DNA of 63,992 nucleotides, filler included, from Reclinomonas americana ATCC 50394 (lineage: Eukaryota): the NCBI GenBank assembly GCA_048213135.1. It is 14 parts of 14 records of this genome, joined end to end, with 100 filler letters (N's around TTAATTAATTAA, not from the genome) between each part and the next. Parts side by side here need not be neighbours in the genome. Positions count along the whole stretch, not along the records: positions 11,483 to 13,887 come from AFZH01021289.1; positions 13,988 to 30,282 come from AFZH01021290.1; 12 more parts are not named here. The stretch is one strand, 5' to 3'. A model generated the notes under the pieces. That model saw only the letters and a program-made list of their open reading frames with translations. It was not told where the DNA came from and did no database searches. This document shows positions 11,603 through 23,809 of the stretch, one piece after another. Position 1 is the first letter of the stretch; each line of letters starts with the position of its first letter. The translations under genes were made by a program, and so were the position numbers.

Positions 11603-13837
11603 ATGGGCTGCACTCCGAGTGTTGCGAATCGTTGCGCATGCCAGTGCCAGTGATGTGCGAGGCCACTGAAAGAGAAAAGAGACTTAACATTTGTGGTCTG
11701 ATCGTACAGGATCCGGCACAGTGATCAGTGTCGCCGGTCAACGACCTGTGCCCGCGCCTGTGCAGCTGGAGAAGCAGGCGAGCATGCTTGGTCCCAAGTC
11801 GCCCTACGCGGCCGCAGAGAGTTGCGTGTGTGTGAGAGAGACAAGGAGAGAGAGTGGCACGCGCCTGACGTTGTTGTCATTGCGCAGACTCGAGCTCCAA
11901 GGACCCGGACTATCGCGATGGTCAGATGCCTGGTGAGTGAAGACGGAGTAGGAGGAGCTGGAGGTGTGTATGCTGAACGCAGTGTGTGTGTGTGTGTGAC
12001 AGAGCCAGTGTGCCTTCCCGTGGAGACGGGCTTCAAGTCACCAGTGAAGGGTCGATCGGCGTCATGGCGATCGTTGCGGTCGCCGACGACGGGCAGCAGT
12101 CGTCGCGGAAGCGCAGTACAGGAGACTGCGCCAGTGGCAGCTGACAATGCAAAGGCGACGGAGGAGAACGAGGAAGTTGTCATGGGCGACAGCATGCAAG
12201 AGGTGGTGGAGGCACCGGTGCGACAGGTGTCGGCGGATATGGATGCCCCGCTGGAGTCGCCGATTGCGGCCACACCACCGCCGGTGAGCACCACCCGGGA
12301 GCGCGCTCCGTCGATTCGTGCGACGCCAGTGGAGAGTGGCGACAATGCGGCCATGCTGCAGCCACCATTGTCGCCGCCAAAGCGCGAGGCTTCGCTGTCG
12401 GCGTCGCCGGCACGACGGCAGTCTGTGTCACCGCGGTTGCCGCTGGTGGAGGTACCGCAGGAGCTAGACATGGCGGAGTTGCATCAGGTGCAACAGGAGC
12501 CGTCGGCTAACTTTGTGGTGGGAGCTCCGTGCCCGGACGCGATGGTGGAGGACGGTCGCCGCGAGAGCCACCCGTGGGTGCAGGAGTCGCCGATTAATGT
12601 GCAGCCGGTGTCGGCGTGGGGCGGCGATGCGGCAGAGGTGCCGGAGTCGCACGACGCCGTGCATGCGCATGAGGAGCCGCCGGTAAAGGTCGAGTCGGTG
12701 GGCGACGAAGAGGAGGAGCAGGTGGTGGAGGCGGCAGAGGTGGTGGAGGAGCCGGAGAATATGGCAGCAGAGGAGGCGGTTTCCGAGGCACCGATGGCCA
12801 TCGAGTCACATGCTGCGGCATCGGCGGCAGCTGAGCCGGTGGAAGAAGCTGCTGCGCCGGCTCCAGTGGTGGAGCCAGTAGTGGAGGAGGCACATGGAGG
12901 CGAGGAACCAGAACAGCTCGCTGCCGCACCAGTTGAGGAGGAGCCACAGGCGTCTGCCCCAGCAGTGGAGGAGGAGACGCACGCTGCCGCACCAGTAGTG
13001 GAGGAGCCCCCTGCCGTACCTGCTGAGGAGGAGACGCACGCTGCCGCACCAGTAGTCGAGGAGCCCCCTGCCGTACGTGCTGAGGAGGAGATGCACGCCA
13101 TCGCACCTGCTGAGGAAGAGCAGCACGCTGCGGCACCAGTAATGGAGGAGCAGCCTGCTGTTGCACCAGCTGAGGAGGAACATCCTTCTGCTCCTGCTGA
13201 GGAGGAGCCGCTCGTTTCTGAGTCAGCAGCCGAGGAGGAGGCGCACACTGCCGCGCCTGCTGAGGAGCCGCTGCCATCTGCACCAGCAGTGGAGGAGCAG
13301 CATATTGTTGCACCAGCTGAGGAGGAGCAGCAACCTTCTGCGCCTGTCGAGGAGGCGGAGCAACTTGCTGCCTCTTCAGCACCACTTGAGGAGCAACCAT
13401 CAGCACCAGCCGAGGAGGAGGAGCCCGCCGCTGCACCAGTGGAAGAGGAGCCGGCGGGAGAGGAGGAGTCGGACGACGAGGTGGAGAAGCCGACTTCCGC
13501 ATGGGAGGAAATGGTCGTCAACTGCGATCGCCGCGATTACTCGACGCCCGAGGACCCCGAGATCCACTTTTCAGTGTTCCGCAACTCGACCGACGCCGGC
13601 AACTGGCGCGCGTTGTGTGAGCTTCGATTCACGCCGGCTCGGCTCAACAAGGCTCGCTGGACGCTGATTGTCGAGGGGAAGAACACGTGGCCTGAGTCTT
13701 ACGACAAGGAACGCGTGCTGGCGGTCATGGAGGAGGTGGTGGCAGCGTACCCGCCGACCACAGTGTTCGGGTCGCATTCGCAGGACCTGCTCAAGGAGCA
13801 ACGGCAGAAGCTGGCTGCCGGGTTTTCGCTTTGCTGA
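11603..13837 (+). CDS. Predicted myristoylated/palmitoylated acidic repeat protein with a small globular C-terminal domain
   Basis: Starts MGCTPS. Introns 11631-11709, 11821-11887 and about 11934-12002 keep the frame into a 1.8-kb exon containing EEExxAxAP repeats. Ends AAGFSLC*. Confidence 0.75.
12830..13455 (+). repeat. Coding tandem repeat of about 10-aa units EEE(P/Q/T)xAxAP(V/A), including a near-perfect 57-bp duplication at 12968 and 13025
   Basis: EEETHAAAPVVEEPPAVPA followed by EEETHAAAPVVEEPPAVRA. Confidence 0.9.
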
Positions 13838-14196
13838 AGGGGGAGAAAAATGCCTTGTATTTGTTAATCGAGCGAGTGTACTGACACNNNNNNNNNNNNN
13901 NNNNNNNNNNNNNNNNNNNNNNNNNNNNNNNTTAATTAATTAANNNNNNNNNNNNNNNNNNNNNNNNNNNNNNNNNNNNNNNNNNNNGGCTGCTGCTGCT
14001 GCTGCTGTTGTTGTTGTCTGCGCGGGCATCTCTGCTGCCTTGTTTCGTCGCCGCCCACCACTCGTGCCCGCTCCTCCTCTGCGCTGTTGTTGTTGTTGCT
14101 GGTGCGAGGCGACTGAGAGCGACGCAGAGGACATTGCCGCGGCATCGAGTGCCTCGTGTGCGGCGTGTGGGGCGCGACCTTTCCTTCGCGCACTAT

Positions 14197-15374
14197 TCAT
14201 CTGGCAGGTGGTGATTGAGGACAATTGGATGCCGTGAATTGGTCGATCAAAGTAACCCGGCAGCCCCGTAGCTTTTGTCTGCGCCTTTTATCTACTTCAT
14301 ACTCTGCGTCCCTGCTCTCGTTCTGTCGTCGTCGTCTTCGTCCGTCGGTGTCACTGTGCTCACCTGCAAGCATGAAAACACCTCCGGCACCTCCTCCAGC
14401 AGCCGCAGCGAGAGCACGCGAAGAAAGTTCCAGCCGTTGGTCCCCGCGTCGTCCTCTGTGCACGTATCGGCGTTGATTGAGTATGCCGTACAGTGCTGCG
14501 ATCGATCGCGACAACTCACCTGGCAAGTGCGTCTTGTTGAACGGGTTCGTAAAGTCCACGCGGTCGGCAAACTCGGCGTGCCGATGCTGCAGCACCTCGC
14601 GCAGGCCGGCGAAGCGCGAGTCGGCCATCAGTGGGGTGCGATCGGAGACCACCACCGGGCAGAGGGCGCTCGCAAAGCTGCCGACGTCGAAGCACGTGCC
14701 GAAGCGGTCGGGGTAGTGTCGGAACTTGAGTGGTGGCTTGTCGATGAGCGTCACTGTGTGGTGGCGGTGGTGAGACGCGGCACGATGGCGTGAGAGTGGG
14801 GGACGACAATGAGTGTACCGAGCGCCAAGTCCACAAAGGCCACGTCCAGTTCCTGCTCTGAAGCGATTCAGTGGTCGTCTTTGCGTAGCGGTGGTACACA
14901 ACATACACAGACACGCGCGCACCGGGTTATCACAGCAGAGAATCAGGCCGTGCTTGGAGTCGTACTCTCGACACTTGTCGGCGTACCACTCGTAGAAATC
15001 CCGAATGGCTTCCACCGGCTCCTTGGCCTCGCGCTGCAGCTCCTCCAGCAGGTCCATGTGCACCGCCCAGAAGCCCGGCACCGTGTGCACCGTGTCAAAG
15101 TCGTCGGGAAACGAGACTCGGAAATCGAATCTTCGCCGCTCCAACACACTGATGCTCAGGTCGTCCTCCAGCTGCATCAACTGCGGAGGGAAGTGGGAAG
15201 GAGAAGGGAGAGAGGGTGAGGGGTGGGAGTGAGTGAGTGAGAGGGAGTGGGAGGACGAACCGCAGTGCCAATGCTGACAAGTTTGTGCTTGCCAAGCCAC
15301 TGCCCCGTGGTCTCCACATCGAGTGAGAGCACTGTGCAGGGTATGGGGTAGCGAACGCGGTGGATGTCGCTCAT
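14197..15374 (-). CDS. DEDDh/DnaQ-like 3'-5' exonuclease (Rv2179c/phage-like type)
   Basis: ExoI LSLDVETTG..LVSIG, FW motif, EPVEAIRDFYEWY, ExoII CCDNP|ELDVAFVD, CFDVGSF, and ExoIII-like THLPGELS. Three introns. Confidence 0.75.
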
Positions 15375-15620
15375 GTGCGACTGGGAGAAGAGTGGACACC
15401 GACGCGGACAGTGGGTGTGGGACGTGCATGAAGACAACTTTTCAACCGGGAGCCCGACGTGCTGGTGTTGGAGAAGACACTCGCAATCGCGCCCGCTAAG
15501 TAGTCAACTTTAATGGCCTCACACACTATCTCAACCACGCTCATCGCCTCAAGATTTTCCACCACCTCGTACATCACCTCGTTCTACGCAGTGCCCTGAA
15601 GCCACCAAGCAATACACTCA

Positions 15621-18600
15621 CTAGTTTGGCAATACACACACCGCCCGCAATCCATCTCGAAACCACCTGTTCGCGTAGCTGACAAATCTGCCATTCGTTC
15701 TCTCGCCACGAACACAGGCATTGACGAGAGCCAATTGGCCAACCAACGGTGCCGACGACCCCGACGCGTCGCCCTCTGTCAGCCGTGCAGACCACCGCGA
15801 CTCGGCAGGCTGGTCAAACGACAGTTCGACGGCTTCCGCCGAAGGAGAATTGGCAGCCTCACCGTGAAAATCCGCCGTGGTGAAGAACGCCATCCTGTCG
15901 TGGAGAGTGTAGTCTCTTGCCATGGGCCCAAATACCCACGTCCTATCACGATCCTGTTCATCCTGAAGCGGTGCGAGCTCACTATTCAGCCACTCGACAG
16001 CCGAGTCTTCGGTAACACCAAGGTCCAAGAGTTTTTCAGCATTCTTGTCAGTGACAAACGAAACCAAGTCAAGCGCTCGAGACGCATTCCTATCAGTGCA
16101 GTACATGCTCGGCAGCTTGCGTGAATTTCGCGCAAGCCAAATGTACCGCTTAGCCGCCGTGGTCGACGAGAGACACACGCCCTCTCCAGCATCCTGCATC
16201 TGCTGCATCTGCTGTTCCGGCAGATCCACAACGAGCACAACCGGGGTGAAGGCCTCTGCAGGCAATCCGTGAACAGCAAAGCAGTTCCGTGGATGTCGAC
16301 CACCGGCATGCCAAGCAGCGTCAACGAATCGCTCGAAAAAGTAAAAGGATGGCGCTGGACAAAAATCGCCACCTGCTTCAGAAAGCGAACCATAAACAGA
16401 GCCAGTGAAGAGCATTTCCTCGGCCTTCAAGGCCGTACAGCCGTGGAACCAGCGCTTGAAGCCAGCGACAGGCGGGCTCAAGTGGCCTGTGAGCACGTTG
16501 GCAGCGCTACTGGCGTCGTCGATTGTGAGTGCCGCCAGAGGGATGACATCGGTGCGAGCAGCATCAGAGGCACGGCGAGACGACTTCGGCTTGAGCGGAA
16601 ATGGAAGACGCGTGACACGAGTGCGCTGAGAACGCAATCGTCGTATAATCGGTGACAGGCGACCATAACCGCCGTACCGCGGGGCTGCCGGACTGCTCAA
16701 TGCGGTCTCCAAGTGTCTGGTGAACCATATGCGAGGCTCATCGTCAGCAGAAACCTGGGATGCTTCGGCCGACGAGCACCAGCGGAAGAATGCGTGCCGG
16801 AAGCAGTACTCTAGCTGGTCACAAGCCAGGACTCGACGACTCGGCTCTAGCAACGGTGCCAAGAAGCGCGATGCAAACGAAAGCGCACCCTCGGAATCAA
16901 TGGCTCTCCCGAGATCGCTGTCCGACAACAGTCGTGCAACCAGTCGTGGATTCATGCCAGCGCGGCAGAGTTGATCGAAGAGCTCAGGGTGCGACAACAG
17001 GCGAGAGCCCTTCTCTTCACCAAGCCAATACTTGGTCAGCCAGTAGCTCCGAGTACGATCGTCAACAGAAGTGTACAAAAACGTCTGCGTAGCCAACAAA
17101 CTCGCGTCTTCGGAGACCAGCGTCATTGGCCAACATGCAGTAACCTGCGAACCTCCAAGACGGGCGGCGCCGAACTCGGCGATACGCTGATAACACGAGC
17201 AAGTGAACACCTCGAAGAGTTCTCGTTTGTCGACACCGGCACTCATGGCAACGAAGAAGCCTGTGGCAATGGCAGCCAACTTCGTCATGGCCACAACATC
17301 GCTGGAACACAAGCGGCTTGCGGCCTCAATCACGGCTTTGACGTCGTCAAACACCAGTACGTTGGGCACACCGAAATTGATGTTGCGGTATGCAACCAGC
17401 AGTTGCAGGGCAGTCTCCTTGCACCGCAGTTCAGTGGCGCGCAAAATCTGTTCCACAATGTCGCCGGACTGCTCATGAAAGCTTTGTCGAATGCTTAGTG
17501 AGCGGTGAGCCACATTGGCAGCAAACGTTGCTGCCGTCTCAAGCTCCTGCAAGGCCGCGTCGGGGTCGGTGAACACTCTCTTGGCCTGAATCACAACAAA
17601 GCCAACTTGTTGCACGTTGTGCAATTCGTTTGCCGAGCGACCGTAGCAGAAGGCTCCAAAAAAGTTAAAGATCCGACAGCGTCGCGCCATTGACGTGCTT
17701 GACAACAGAACGTCAACCAGCTTCTGCAAGCAGTCACTGGCTCTGTCAACCATGCCAAGAATTACACTGTCATTTGACGTGTCGTCTGAGGAGCCAGCAG
17801 CCCCAGTTGGCTCCAAGCTGAATGGGAGACACAACACACAAACAACGAGGAATACACACAATTGAGCGAGTCAGGTCAACGCAACACGCATGCGAGAAAT
17901 CAACACACTGACCACTTCTCTTCTTCTTCGACATCGCCCAAGTCATCCAAGTCTTCCAGAAGAGACTCCACCACGGATGCGTCCAATGAACGGGAGCAGA
18001 CACTTTGCAGAAGCTCAACCAAGGAGGTGAAGAGAAACACGATCGTACTGTCGCCGGCATGATCAAGGGCCTCAAGCCAAGTGCGACTCCACACATTCAC
18101 CGACGTGTCTTCGGCGTCGTACATGGATGGATTCAGTTGAATGCAACGAAGCCAGTGCAGTGAAACCTCCGTTACTTGACGGCGAAGAGTGGAATGTCGA
18201 AAGGCATGGGGCGAGTGAAACGGCTGCCGGAGCAACAGTGCCATCAACGCAGCCAGAACCGGCAGGGTGGGTTCACCACGCAATTCTAGCAGACGAAGTT
18301 GACGCAAGGCCTCTTGACACGGAACGATCACTGCATCAACTTCGCCTCGGTGGCAGAGGGTGCCAACACACAGCGCAGCAAGGTGGACGAGAAGGCAACG
18401 CAGACGAATTTCGGAGGCCTCGCTTGCCGCCTGTTGCAGAGCAGCGTGCAACACGTACTCCAGGTCGCCGGAGCTGAGAGCCTTCACATTGCGCGCCACT
18501 GGCAGCAACCCGTGCTCCAGCAGCTCATGGATCGCACCAACCACAGCGCCGGAGTCGGTCAAATCTGCAGAAACATTTCTCAGCACCAATGACACAATGT

Positions 18601-18709
18601 GTGGGTGCGTGTGTGTGTGTGCGAGAGGCTGAGGAGAGAGGCGTGACCCACACCAGGAGATCTCACGAACGCATTTACACAAGAAAACAGAATGAACAGC
18701 CGCAGTCAC
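15621..18709 (-). CDS. Large intron-poor protein: helical N-terminal region plus C-terminal DUF3990-like ADP-ribosyltransferase-fold domain (start uncertain)
   Basis: A 2.2-kb exon plus an upstream exon of about 0.7 kb. The C-terminus has WFHGC, GGDFCPAPSFYFF, AAWHA, VVLVVDL, WVFGPMA and GQLAL in DUF3990 motif order. Confidence 0.65.
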
Positions 18710-18842
18710 AGAGCAGGCAACATACCGAGGTCACGAAGGATGTGTCCATCCTTGGCTCGAGATCCTTCCATGCAGCGCTCAACAGCATGCGCGAATGGTA
18801 GAGGAGACTGCAAATCCGTTCATCCACCAGACCATCTTCTAC

Positions 18843-20682
18843 ATGCTCTCTCCCGCACGCCGACCACGTGTTCTGCTCATCACCATCTGCACGCTGACTC
18901 TCCTCGTCACTGCGTACCTCTCACTGCGTCGTGGCACACCGATCGACGACCCGGCAGTGTCGAGCGATGGCGATCGCGATGTGGAGGCAGAGCTGCAAGA
19001 GTGGCGCGAGTTGCAAGAGGTCAGTCAGTGCACAGCAACAATACAGCATAGTGAAGGGTGCACTCTGATACGCTCTCTCTCTCTCGCACACAGGCGGCCG
19101 CGCGATTGGGACCAGTGGGAGGCGGTCAATGTCGCAATCACGTGCTGGCCGCTCGATTGCCGTCGTCGGTGGCCGACTGGATCGAGAAGGCCGTTCGCAA
19201 CCCGTTCATGTTGAGTGCCTTTCTCTGCGTCTCTCCCTCCACGTAGACACTGATCGCCACACTCACTCGCACACACAGACATCGCCTGCTGAACGACCTC
19301 GCCTCGCCCAAGCTGTGCCAGACGCCGGCCATGGTGGCGCTGCGAGATCGACTCATGTCGCAGCAGTGCATGCGCCTGTCCAGTTGCGGCTCTTGCCCTC
19401 TCCTCTTCTTCTTCCCCGCTTCCTCACTCGCTTGCGCAGGTCAGCAGTCGACCTTTTGGCAAATCTATCACAAGCCGGAGACGTGGTCGTCGTTGTACCA
19501 GTTTGCGTGGACGGGTGGCATCAGTGTGACGCCAGGCGAGCTGGCGCGCTACTGCGACATTAACATTTCCGATTTCACGACGGCGTTTGTCAGCGATCCA
19601 CCGCGACGCGGTCAGCACGCGCAGCTGCAGTTTGCGGAGCAGGCCGCCATCATTCCCATGGGTATGGGCGCGTACTGCTTGCCCCTCCCCGACTGGTACG
19701 GGTTCGGCACGTGGTGAGTGGCTCCGCGATGCGCTCTCTGTGAGTTGACGGGAGCTAATCATCGTTGTCACAGGCAGCAAGACAAGAAGATGAGACCGCC
19801 GTGCAAGATCATGTCGGAGTACCCGATTGAGAGTGCGCTTCCTCCTCCTATTCTCCGTTTCCCATCCTCCTCCTCCTCCACTGCCACTCACCACTGCGCG
19901 TGTGCAGAGTTGCCACTGAACACCGTGGTGGCGTGGGTGCGTGTCTCTGCCTTCCTTGCCCTTGACTTGCCCTTCAACGTCTCACTGCTTCCTGCAGAAC
20001 GATTTCTTGAGCTACAGCTACGGCAGCCTGCTGATTCAGGCCGAGGAGGCGCACGGCAAGATCCTGAAGAACACACTGGAGACGGTGATGCAGGAAGTGT
20101 TTGGCACTGAGCAGCCGATTCCGGCCGAGATCCAGTGCGGCGATTACCGCTGCATTCCGTGCTGTGCGCACATGTACATGCACAAGCACACACTCCAGTT
20201 ACGATCCGCCACCCCTCTCTGCTTCGCAACACAAGCGCTGGCCTCACCTGGCAGTGCGCACACACACAGACTCTTCGCCAAGTTTCAGCTGGCGTTCTTT
20301 GCGTACGCTTTCGGCACGGGGCAGTACCTCGGAGGCTGCTCGTACCTGGAGAAAGGCATGACGTTTGGGCGGTGCTTTGCGTATGTGTCGGAGCGACTGG
20401 CTTCCATCTTTTACTTTATGCAAGAGCGCAAGGTGAGTGCGATGACTGTGGCACGACGTGGTCTGACTTGGCGAACTGACGAACAGTGGAGCACAGATGC
20501 TGCTGTGGAGAATTCCGCGTGATGGCGAGTGCCCCGACCCGGTGCACGTCGAGACCGAGCAGTACTACAAGCAGCAACCGGCGCTGACCAATGAGCAAAT
20601 TTTGCGCGTGTTCGATGTTCTGGTCGAGTGCAACAAGCTGGCGACACGCGACCTGGAGCAGCCGCCACCATCACCACCATAG
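18843..20682 (+). CDS. Type II membrane putative glycosyltransferase, DUF4422/GT111-like
   Basis: N-terminal TM anchor. Motifs WQIYHK, FAEQAAI, DWYGFGTW|R and RCFAYVSERLASIF resemble DUF4422 (YxGxxxYRR, RxxGxLSERL). About nine introns. Confidence 0.5.
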
Positions 20683-20721
20683 ATTCATAAAAATCACTTG
20701 TTTAATTCATCTCTATCGCCA

Positions 20722-22239
20722 TCATTCGTCGTGCACACCACCACCCAGCAGCCCATTCACCGTGATCGCACTACCGCCGCTCGGCCGGCCTCCCTTCTGC
20801 CTCCGTCTTCGCCTGTACGCACATACACACATGCATGAGAGGAGGAGCAGGAGAGACAACTTGGTGAAAACGCACCAGCGGAGCACCACCGTGACGAGCC
20901 AAAAGAATAGGCCGCCGAGCATGAACGACATGGCCTCGTCAAAGGTGAACAGCGACCCGGGGCGCGACTTGCCGAGCTCCACGTCGTCCACTGGATCGAG
21001 GACGGGCACTTGCGGAAATGTGGTCGGCCCGGCCGGCACCGCCTTGAACACCACGTGCGCCTCCAGACCTGGCCGATGACACGCGCCAAACCAGTTGCTG
21101 ATCGGGCACGGTGACCACCGGCGCACCACGCAGAAACGTGCATTCACCGGCAAGTGAGCGGCGGTCAACTCGCGCGACTGTTTCGTGGAGGCGCACGAGT
21201 GCGTCAACTCCCACGGGGCGTGGGTGGAGGCGCCCCACAGAATCGTCGGGCACGTCTCGCGGAACTGCTCAGGGCACACGCAGTCAACAACTCCCACTCT
21301 CATGGCAATCACCAAGAAACACACGCACACGCACCTGCTCATTGTGCCGCGCCTCCTCACCACAGGCCAGCGCGTAGTTGTAGTCGGGCACGCGTGCGGA
21401 GAAGACCGCAGAAATGTCGGAGCCGGCACCGAGCGTCGGCGTCTCCTTCATGTGCGAATAATCGTGCTTCTGGTGCACCGCCAGCACCACCGACGTGGCG
21501 TCCACCGTAAAGTAGCCCAGCGTGTGCGACAGGTGATGTGTCAACCACGAGTCCCACGCCATGCGACCGACCGCGAACGGTTTCATGGACCAGCCGCCAC
21601 CGCGACGGAACACAAAGTAATCCACGGCTCGCACATCGTCCAGCACGCCCTCTCGCACCGCATCGTTGTGCAACTGCTTCACCCACTCGCCCGCAGCATC
21701 GAAATCGATCTCGCGCTGCACGACGACATTGGTGCGTCGACCCAAGATGAAGAACTGCAGACCGCCGTGCTTCTCCACGTGCTCCGCCACCGTCTCCACC
21801 GCACGCATGAACGCCGGTGTGAGCACAATGTCGGCATTGATGTACACCATCACGTCGGCACTGGTGGCCTCTTGTGCGCGCGAAAAGATCTCGTGCATGA
21901 GGGGAACGCCGTCGGGCGTGGTGGCCTCGGTGCGCACCGCTCGCGCCCCCAGTCGCTCTGCCCACACGTCGAGGTTCTCAGGTGCCACCAGCAGGACCTC
22001 ACCGCCTGTGCGTGTGTGCATGTGGTGAGAGAGGGAGAGAGACAACAGAGGAGATGCGCGCGCGAAAATCAATCACCGATGGCCTTCCATGAGCCGATGG
22101 CATTCTTCTGTGCGCGGATAGCAGAACCGTGAAAGGGTTTCGGGCAGGAGAAGAAGGCCACGCGTAATGCCGAGGTGGTGTCGCTCAGAGCGACCACGGC
22201 GAGGAGGAGGAGGAGCGGCAGCAGTCGCCGCGTGTGCAT
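20722..22239 (-). CDS. GT-A fold putative glycosyltransferase (RAY1 N-terminal domain/bacterial GT2-like) with signal peptide and C-terminal TM segments
   Basis: MHTRRLLPLLLLLAVV signal. Motifs FFSCPKPF..QKNAIGSW, GVPLMHEIF, YINADIVL, GRR, DYFVF, PFAVGRMAWDSWL and DATSVVLAVHQKHDY. Two introns. Confidence 0.75.
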
Positions 22240-22868
22240 GTGAAAATAGCGAATCCGTTGGTGGGAATGGGTGGTGGAAATTGGTCGAGAGAGTGGGGAG
22301 AGGCCTGTGAGGTAGCTGGGTATTTACAAGGTACTATAGTGGTCAGTTGTTGGGGGATGAGGTCTTTTCTCTTGCTGCAAGCCGAATTCGAATTCAAGCT
22401 GAGGAGCACGGAAATATATCGATATCGGATCGTATCCGACCGTTCTACAACAACAACAACAACAACTTTACTAATCCAAACAGCAACACAGCTGCATGAT
22501 GATCACCATCTTGAGTGAGCACCAGAAACTCAGACATCACGAAAAAAAGCGAGAAAAAGTCGAGATGGCTAATTCTGGCGTTTCTCGCAGCCGATGTAGC
22601 CGTGGCTTGTCGGCCCCAAGCTGCAAGGTACTGGTCTACTATGACGCCACCTATGTCGGAATCGACCGAGTGGGTCGAAAGGAAAAAGGCGACGCATGCA
22701 TTGGAGGAAAACCGAACCAAACCAGTTTCACTCTCTCGAGCTCGGATCATCTTCCAGCGAGCAAGTTCAGCCCCTGTAAACTAGTGAGTTGCGACTTGCT
22801 TCTTGTTCGCTCTCTGTCCTCAAGTCTCAGACGACGGCAAGTGCGTCCTCTGTCCCAGTTGTCTTCAC

Positions 22869-23711
22869 ATGCCGCTGACACTGCGCGCCTCGGCACTCCC
22901 TCCCCCCGCCGACCTGCGCCAGCATCGCCTGGCTCGCTTGTCGGCACCGCAAGAGCTCTTCTTGGAGAAGCTCGTGATGAACGACGGCGCCACATACTTG
23001 GTGGTGGATGAGGATCATGTCGTCGTTGGGTATGTAGTCACTGCGGAGGATGGTGAGGTGGTGGTGGAGATGCACCTGGAGGATGCAGCGCTGGAGCACG
23101 CCGATGCTGTGATGGATATGGTGATCCAGCAGCTGGGAGTGAAGCGCATGCTGGTGCAGACATTCGATCCGCTGGCCGTCAGTGTGGCGGTCGGTCGCGC
23201 GCGTGATGATGCCGGGGAGGTGAACGGCATTCTGTTTCGTGTGATTGTCGATCGAGAGTTTGTGGAGCGCGACGACGTGGTGGCGCGGCTGGCCAGCGAG
23301 GCCGATGTGGACGATCTCGTCGCACTCAGCAGCGATTTTTTCGACGACGAGGCCGAGATTGAGTCGTATCGACATGCCGGTGGTCTCTTTGTGTACCGGC
23401 GACGGCAATTGCAAGGCGAGGCAGAAGACGAGAGCGAGGGCGAGCTGATTGGCGCTGGTGTGTTGCAGCAGGTGGTGGCCGGCGTCGACGGTCTCGACAT
23501 TGGCATGGTGGTGCGGCCGTCGTTGCGCGGCTGCGGCTTCGGCACCTACATTATCCGCCACCTGAAGGCCCACTGTCTGGCGCGAGGTCAGCGGCCGATC
23601 TGTGGCTGCGCGGTCGACAATGAGGCCTCGCGACGCACGTTGCGACGGGCAGGATTCGCCTCGATGCACAAGCTCATGTCGTACAGCCTCGTCGTCGCAG
23701 GTGATGAGTGA
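22869..23711 (+). CDS. GNAT N-acetyltransferase, bacterial-type two-domain form, intronless
   Basis: DIGMVVRPSLRGCGFGTYII (acetyl-CoA motif A) and PICGCAVDNEASRRTLRRAGF. Single exon of 280 aa. Confidence 0.9.
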   Translation: MPLTLRASALPPPADLRQHRLARLSAPQELFLEKLVMNDGATYLVVDEDHVVVGYVVTAEDGEVVVEMHLEDAALEHADAVMDMVIQQLGVKRMLVQTFDPLAVSVAVGRARDDAGEVNGILFRVIVDREFVERDDVVARLASEADVDDLVALSSDFFDDEAEIESYRHAGGLFVYRRRQLQGEAEDESEGELIGAGVLQQVVAGVDGLDIGMVVRPSLRGCGFGTYIIRHLKAHCLARGQRPICGCAVDNEASRRTLRRAGFASMHKLMSYSLVVAGDE

Positions 23712-23809
23712 GTGAAACGGGGCTTGTGTTGCTGCAACATTGCTTGTGACGCTCGACAGAGCAAGCCAGCTGCTGTCTCACTGCAGGACAACTCGCATCG
23801 CTTCGATTG

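Noticed and set aside
15371..15620. Possible spliced fusion of the ART-like gene with the exonuclease via the short MMYEVVENL ORF
   Set aside because: I found no convincing donor in the right phase to join the exonuclease, and the ART-like domain ends naturally at 15621. Needs cDNA to exclude fully.
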